Assembly: GCF_001194135.2 (NCBI RefSeq)
Contig: NC_068984.1
Coordinates: forward strand, 124,592,732-124,656,731
Direction of reading: 5' to 3'
DNA from: Octopus bimaculoides
Taxonomy: Eukaryota
DNA: 64,000 nt
The position numbers and the translations under genes are program-made. This document shows, piece by piece, positions 61,455 through 64,000 of this stretch (position 1 is its first letter; the number at the start of each line of letters is the position of its first letter). The notes beneath the pieces were generated by a model. The model had not been told where the DNA came from. It did no database searches and was given only the letters and a program-made list of their open reading frames with translations.

Positions 61455-62089
61455 AGTTAGATTATTGGACTGGCAGAATCGTAGTAGTAGCATAGAAAAC
61501 TCTGACTGGTGGAGTTGTTCCGCGGGTTGTTCTCAGTTCAAATCCCGCCACGGTCAGCTTTGGTTTTTTTAATTTTTTTTTTTCCAAACTGGATCGGTAG
61601 AGTAAAGTACCAGTCAAGTACTATCCCTGTTATTAAAATAGTATTAGAATTACTGTTCTCGAGGTAGGAGCTGTGGTTATAGTAATAAAAAAAGCTGAGG
61701 ATCTCAAGAACTGACAGAAGGCGCTTTTCTTTGCGAGGCATGCATCCAAAGATACAACAGATATCAATAAATCACCGCTGTGAACCATCGAATCACTTCT
61801 CAATTTTCTAGTTTTATCACTTCTTAATCTCACTTCATGAAATGTAGTACGTAATACATTAACCGCGAGGTAAACTGGTATATATATATTTATGGAATGT
61901 AGGATAAGTATATTAATTTGTCTCCTGCTCTGATCCAACTAAATAACGGGGAGCAGGATACGAAAATATGTCTTCCAGACTCAGTGGCATTTATCGTTTG
62001 GTATTCATCCTGCAGCTAGTGTTATTAATAGCGTTGATTTGATGTTGCTGTTTTTACTGTTGTTGGTCTTGTTACCGTTGTGTGTGTGT

Positions 62090-62138
<49 letters not shown>

Positions 62139-63239
62139 NNNNNNNNNNNNNNNNNNNNNNNNNNNNNNNNNNNNNNNNNNNNNNNNNNNNNNNNNNNNNN
62201 NNNNNNNNNNNNNNNNNNNNNNNNNNNNNNNNNNNNNNNNNNNNNNNNNNNNNNNNNNNNNNNNNNNNNNNNNNNNNNNNNNNNNNNNNNNNNNNNNNNN
62301 NNNNNNNNNNNNNNNNNNNNNNNNNNNNNNNNNNNNNNNNNNNNNNNNNNNNNNNNNNNNNNNNNNNNNNNNNNNNNNNNNNNNNNNNNNNNNNNNNNNN
62401 NNNNNNNNNNNNNNNNNNNNNNNNNNNNNNNNNNNNNNNNNNNNNNNNNNNNNNNNNNNNNNNNNNNNNNNNNNNNNNNNNNNNNNNNNNNNNNNNNNNN
62501 NNNNNNNNNNNNNNNNNNNNNNNNNNNNNNNNNNNNNNNNNNNNNNNNNNNNNNNNNNNNNNNNNNNNNNNNNNNNNNNNNNNNNNNNNNNNNNNNNNNN
62601 NNNNNNNNNNNNNNNNNNNNNNNNNNNNNNNNNNNNNNNNNNNNNNNNNNNNNNNNNNNNNNNNNNNNNNNNNNNNNNNNNNNNNNNNNNNNNNNNNNNN
62701 NNNNNNNNNNNNNNNNNNNNNNNNNNNNNNNNNNNNNNNNNNNNNNNNNNNNNNNNNNNNNNNNNNNNNNNNNNNNNNNNNNNNNNNNNNNNNNNNTATA
62801 TATATAACTAACAGTCAGTGAAAGACTGCGAAAACATGTGTGTGCCTCTGTGTGTGCGCGTGCGTGCGTTCGTGTGTGTGTTTGTGTATGTGAGTTTATC
62901 AATTTAAGGTATAAGCAGTAGATTTCTTTGCATCAGCGTGTATAGTGTATGTATGTGTGTGTGTTTTTGCATGCATGTGTATGTATGTATGAATGTGTAT
63001 GTGTGATTTTGTGTGTCTGTGTGCGTGCGTGTGAAGCGAAAGTACACAAGTCGTAAACTGAATACTATTTTTTCTCGCCTCCCTCCAAGAAGATTTATCA
63101 GTGAGTGAGTAACGGGAGCAGACGATAGATATATCAGTTCTTACTGTATCTCAGCGAAATCTGTATATATATATGTTGGTTGCTCTTTCTACACCCAGCA
63201 CGGTATGTATTTACTGTTTAATAATGTCTCTAATACGGA

Positions 63240-63367
63240 CTAGTTATGTCTGACATTGAATATATGCATGTAAACTTTACTATAAAGTTTGCATACACAC
63301 AAACATGCAAACACACAAACATACGCACACACGCAAACATACATGTATATACATATGTACATACTCC

Positions 63368-63437
<70 letters not shown>

Positions 63438-63727
63438 GTATATATATATATATGCATATGTTGTCTCGACAAATATATTCATATGAATGTGTATATTTAG
63501 ATGCAAATGCGTCTGTGTAAGCGTGTGTATATATATAAATATGTATATATGTATATATGTATATATATGCATGTATATATGCGTGTGTGCGTGTATACAA
63601 TAATATGCATAAACATTTGTTTTTATAAATATGCATACATATACATTTATATAAATGCATGCTTATATACTAAGATGTGTATATACAAAACATACATAAC
63701 TGTATATATATGTATATATATATATAA

Positions 63728-63801
<74 letters not shown>

Positions 63802-63947
63802 GCGTGTGAACCCGTGTGCATATATGTATGTCTGTGTGTGTATATGTGTGTGTATGCTCGAGTGTATGTGTCCATGCATATATGTGCGCATCCATTTATA
63901 TAGCAAGATAAGTAGATATATACACACAAATATGCAAGAATACATAC

Positions 63948-63995
<48 letters not shown>

Positions 63996-64000
63996 GCGTA
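63240..64000. repeat. Degenerate (TA)/(CA)/(TG) microsatellite field
   Basis: Direct inspection. Confidence 0.9.

Overview
This is AT-rich, gap-riddled eukaryotic DNA. The SINE repertoire and extreme microsatellite load point to an octopus draft assembly, which is an inference from repeat content only. No recognisable conserved protein-coding gene is present, and nearly all long ORFs in the track are artefacts of N-gaps and simple repeats. The window is dominated by three tRNA-derived SINE families (called A, B and C here), plus fragments of Tx1/L1-clade, R4/Dong-clade, RTE, CR1/Jockey-like and Penelope-like retroelements. It also holds an internally deleted mariner with both TIRs, the 3' end of a Chapaev3-type transposon, hAT MITEs and two foldback elements. 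The most interesting signals are: (1) (AAT)n/(ATT)n microsatellites apparently used as landing pads from opposite strands by Tx1-like and Dong-like LINEs, with a SINE whose tail resembles the Tx1 3' end; (2) a candidate three-exon gene for a 42-aa Cys-tailed microprotein at 19.9-20.4 kb; (3) minimal hammerhead ribozyme motifs in Penelope-like fragments; (4) a 260-bp foldback; and (5) a ~72-bp array with an inverted orphan monomer inside a SINE.
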